Under the pieces are notes generated by a model. That model ran no database searches. It worked only from the letters and a program-made list of their open reading frames with translations, and had not been told where the DNA came from. From an uncultured Anaerolineales bacterium (GTDB lineage Bacteria > Chloroflexota > Anaerolineae > Epilineales > Epilineaceae), in contig CAYQBA010000011.1 of NCBI GenBank assembly GCA_964415605.1, forward strand, positions 1 to 45,754: DNA of 45,754 bases. The letters are read 5' to 3'. The position numbers and the translations under genes are program-made. Positions 43,540-45,754 of this stretch are shown in pieces (the stretch's first letter is position 1; the number at the start of each line of letters is the position of its first letter).

Positions 43540-45300
43540 CTACGGCGCGGGCGGCGCCACGGCCGGCGGATCGGCGACGACCTCGCCCGGCGCAAAGCCA
43601 TGGGTGAGCGTCCCGAAAGCGATGTCCTGGTCGGGTCCGGCGGCGGGGACCTGGAGCTGCGGCGCCCAGACCTCGGTGTGGCCAAACTGGCCATGCCGGT
43701 GGTAGTAGCGGTAGGCGACGTACAGCGCCGACTCGTGCCGCCACTCGGTACCGGCGTCGACGATGACGGCGTCGATGGCGCGCTCGACCGAGCCGCGGCC
43801 CGGCCAGAGGCGCACGGTGCGCGGCCGGCCGTCCGGCCCCTGGAATGGGTGCTCCGGCACGTCGGTCGGGTCGATGTTGTCGTAGCACGCGCGGTCGCCG
43901 CGCCGCAGCATCAGCTCGCACTGCTGCACGAGGTTGCCGAGGTGCACCTGCGGGTAGTTCTGGTACTCGCCGTTGTAGCGCGGGACGTTGCAGAACTCCT
44001 CGCGCCGGGCATCCTCGGGGATGATGCCGGCCGGCGTGATCTGAGACTTGACCGCCGGGAAGGCCAGGCTCTGCTGCTCGCCGGACAGGTAGTCGCAGCT
44101 GTCGTTGCTGGCCAGCTCCACGCGGTAGCCGTTCATCCGGTCGAGCGCCAACTTGTTCGCGTAGGCGTAGGCCTGGCCGGGGGTGAAGCGGAGGTCCCGC
44201 CCGCCGTCGATCTGCGCCGGCTGGCGATGCACCAGCGTCACCTCGGGGCGGTCCCACAGGTAGTCGGCGATGTAGGCCGTGGCGTTGGTGGCGGCGGCCC
44301 CCCAGTTGGACTGCCGCGCGGCGGCGGTCTCCGAGACGGCGTAGTACGGGTTCTTGACCAGCCAGTTCTGGAAGAGCACCTTGCACGGGCCCGTGCCGAG
44401 GCTGTCCTCGCCGTACACCGTGCCCGTCGGACCGTCACACGTGCGGCCGGCCCAGTAGTCCTCGATGAGGTCGGCGGCGGCCACGAGCTCCGGCGTCCCC
44501 CAGCCGAAGTTGAGCTGGCATTGCTGGCCGTCGGCCTCGTAGTTGATGGTGCGCACGCGCGACATGATGGTCTGGAGGATCACCACGACGGCCTCGGCGT
44601 AGGCCGGGTCGCCCGTGAGGTGGTACGCCAGGGCCTTGGCGTAGACGACCGTGTGGCCGGACTCCTCGTCCATGAACTTGGGGCTGTCGGCGCCCGAGCA
44701 CTTTACCCGGTCCTTGAGCCCGCTGGTGCTCCACTTCTTGTCGGCCCATTCCAGCGTCAGCGCCACGGCCGCGGCATAGGGCTCGATGCCCGCCGCGGCC
44801 TTGCGGCGCACGGCATCGAGCTCGCCGGGCGTGGTCAGATAGCCGCGCGAGCGCGACGGTGGCGCCGGGGAGCCGGCAGGCTCCGGCGTCGACGATGGGG
44901 TGGGCGGGGCCGTGGGGGTCGCCTCCAGCGTCGGGATAGGCGGCGCCGTCGCGCTCGCGGGCACCGTCGCCTCCGCCGTGGGCGTCGAGGTTCCCGTCGC
45001 CCGTGATGTCGGGCGGGCCGTGTGGGCGCCGACCACCGTCGCGGCGTCGAGCACCAGCGGGACGAAGACCGGCGCGCCACCGCCGGACGCCACATGGGCC
45101 GCGCGTTCCGGACCGCCGGCCACCGCGCCCGTTGCGCTCCGCGGGACGTCGCCCGTGGGCACGCCGCACGCGAGGGCTGCGGCGCAGGTGCCCGCGGCCA
45201 GGCCCCAGACCGCCAGGCGCCACCGGACCGCCAGCCCGTGGTCCGGGGCGGCCGCGCCGCGGCCGGGCAATCGGATCGCTTGATCGGGGGGTGGGCGCAT
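43540..45300 (-). CDS. Secreted (possibly lipoprotein) alpha/alpha-toroid polysaccharide-lyase-like protein, more distant family member
   Basis: The signal region 'WRLAVWGLAAGTCAAALACG' is followed by a PT linker. 'VVYAKALAYHLTGDPAYAE', 'RQSNWGAAATNATAYIADYLWD' and 'AYAYANKLALDRMNGY' show a helical-repeat organisation like alginate-lyase-family (PF05426-type) proteins. Confidence 0.7.
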   Translation of the reverse strand: MRPPPDQAIRLPGRGAAAPDHGLAVRWRLAVWGLAAGTCAAALACGVPTGDVPRSATGAVAGGPERAAHVASGGGAPVFVPLVLDAATVVGAHTARPTSRATGTSTPTAEATVPASATAPPIPTLEATPTAPPTPSSTPEPAGSPAPPSRSRGYLTTPGELDAVRRKAAAGIEPYAAAVALTLEWADKKWSTSGLKDRVKCSGADSPKFMDEESGHTVVYAKALAYHLTGDPAYAEAVVVILQTIMSRVRTINYEADGQQCQLNFGWGTPELVAAADLIEDYWAGRTCDGPTGTVYGEDSLGTGPCKVLFQNWLVKNPYYAVSETAAARQSNWGAAATNATAYIADYLWDRPEVTLVHRQPAQIDGGRDLRFTPGQAYAYANKLALDRMNGYRVELASNDSCDYLSGEQQSLAFPAVKSQITPAGIIPEDARREEFCNVPRYNGEYQNYPQVHLGNLVQQCELMLRRGDRACYDNIDPTDVPEHPFQGPDGRPRTVRLWPGRGSVERAIDAVIVDAGTEWRHESALYVAYRYYHRHGQFGHTEVWAPQLQVPAAGPDQDIAFGTLTHGFAPGEVVADPPAVAPPAP

Positions 45301-45363
45301 CGTCTCTTAAGACGCCGTGCGAGATATTAAGGATACTGTGGCGTGCCCGGCACGGTCGGTACC

Positions 45364-45392
45364 TTGCGGCGGCCCGGCGGACGCGTTATGAT
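45364..45392 (+). promoter_or_regulatory. Candidate promoter TTGCGG - 17 nt - TATGAT for the downstream lipoprotein gene
   Basis: The -35-like TTGCGG is at 45364-45369, the -10 TATGAT at 45387-45392, and the spacer is 17 nt. It lies in the divergent intergenic region, about 98 nt upstream of ATG 45490. Confidence 0.3.
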
Positions 45393-45489
45393 CTCGACGG
45401 CGATGCCAGGCGTCGACCGATCGCCGGTGCCCGCCGCCCGCGGGGCCCTGCCCGGTGCGGGCGATGCATGCTCAACGAGGAGACAGCCC

Positions 45490-45754
45490 ATGCGAGTGCC
45501 AAACCTGGCGTGGATCGGACTGTTGGCGGGGTTGACCGCCGGCTGCGCCGCGCTGAACCAGGGCGACCTGTCGCCCACGCCCGACGCGGGCGATGCCCGG
45601 CCGGCGGCCATGGGCGAGCCTGGCGACGGGGCGGGCACGGCCGCCGAGCCGGCGTCGGCGGCGACGACGGTGGACGCATCGGCGCCGGGCGGCGACGCGG
45701 AGGCCGCGCTCGATCAGCCGGGCGCGGCCGATACGGCCGCCGAGGCGTCCACGG
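45490..45754 (+). CDS. N-terminal part of a putative lipoprotein (runs off the window)
   Basis: This ORF is not in the supplied track because it has no stop within the window. GGAG lies 8 nt upstream. 'MRVPNLAWIGLLAGLTAGCAALNQ' has a lipobox-like LTAGC, followed by an Ala/Asp/Pro-rich low-complexity spacer. Confidence 0.55.
   Translation, partial: MRVPNLAWIGLLAGLTAGCAALNQGDLSPTPDAGDARPAAMGEPGDGAGTAAEPASAATTVDASAPGGDAEAALDQPGAADTAAEAST

Noticed and set aside
1-45754. Search by eye for a phosphonopyruvate decarboxylase, AEP transaminase, phosphonomethylmalate synthase, phn C-P lyase genes, transposases, integrases, tRNA/rRNA and toxin-antitoxin or defence genes.
   Set aside because: None of the supported ORFs shows the relevant motifs (ThDP GDG..NN, PLP Lys motif, DDE/tyrosine recombinase, etc.). 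This absence was judged only by inspection and should be confirmed with HMM searches.

Overview
This is a very GC-rich bacterial chromosomal segment. Third codon positions are almost uniformly G/C, ribosome-binding sites are AAGGAG-type, and many proteins carry long Pro/Thr linkers. That style recalls Chloroflexota or Actinomycetota, but the taxon cannot be fixed from this window. I recognised no rRNA, tRNA, CRISPR array, transposase or integrase, and I support about 31 protein genes.

Layout:
(i) 1-4228 (+): an overlapping operon with a methyltransferase fragment, an APH-like kinase, a small P-loop kinase, a polysaccharide deacetylase and a SerA-like 2-hydroxyacid dehydrogenase.
(ii) 4295-10893 (+): two tandem paralogous giant secreted proteins. 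Each has an unassigned propeller-like head, PT linkers and 2 or 3 DNRLRE-type carbohydrate-binding-like modules.
(iii) 10898-16540 (+): a catalytically intact PEP mutase, followed directly by a DUF4956 membrane protein, a VTC/triphosphate-tunnel polyphosphate-polymerase-like protein, and a membrane-anchored CotH kinase with a C-terminal beta-helix.
(iv) 16588-29494 (+): a surface-glycan operon. It holds HddC/HddA/GmhA heptose activation, a beta-helix membrane protein, two GT4 glycosyltransferases, an ATP-grasp ligase, a Wzz-type co-polymerase with a dead kinase domain, a nucleotidyltransferase-like/P-loop kinase fusion and a Wzy/O-antigen-ligase-like protein.
(v) 29538-45300 (mostly -): malic enzyme; two more DNRLRE giants (NHL-propeller head; lyase-like tail); a prohibitin; a beta-propeller phytase fused to an unknown Cys-containing domain; and two more secreted lyase-like proteins.
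(vi) 45490-end (+): the start of a lipoprotein gene.

The best candidate for something undescribed is the pepM-DUF4956-VTC-CotH cassette. It is a C-P bond-forming enzyme with no recognisable coupling enzyme. Its start lies 4 nt after the stop of a giant secreted-protein gene, and it sits next to a split VTC-like polyphosphate module and an apparently outward-facing atypical kinase. The whole island is unusually rich in phosphorus chemistry. All functional calls come from reading motifs by eye; no database search was run.
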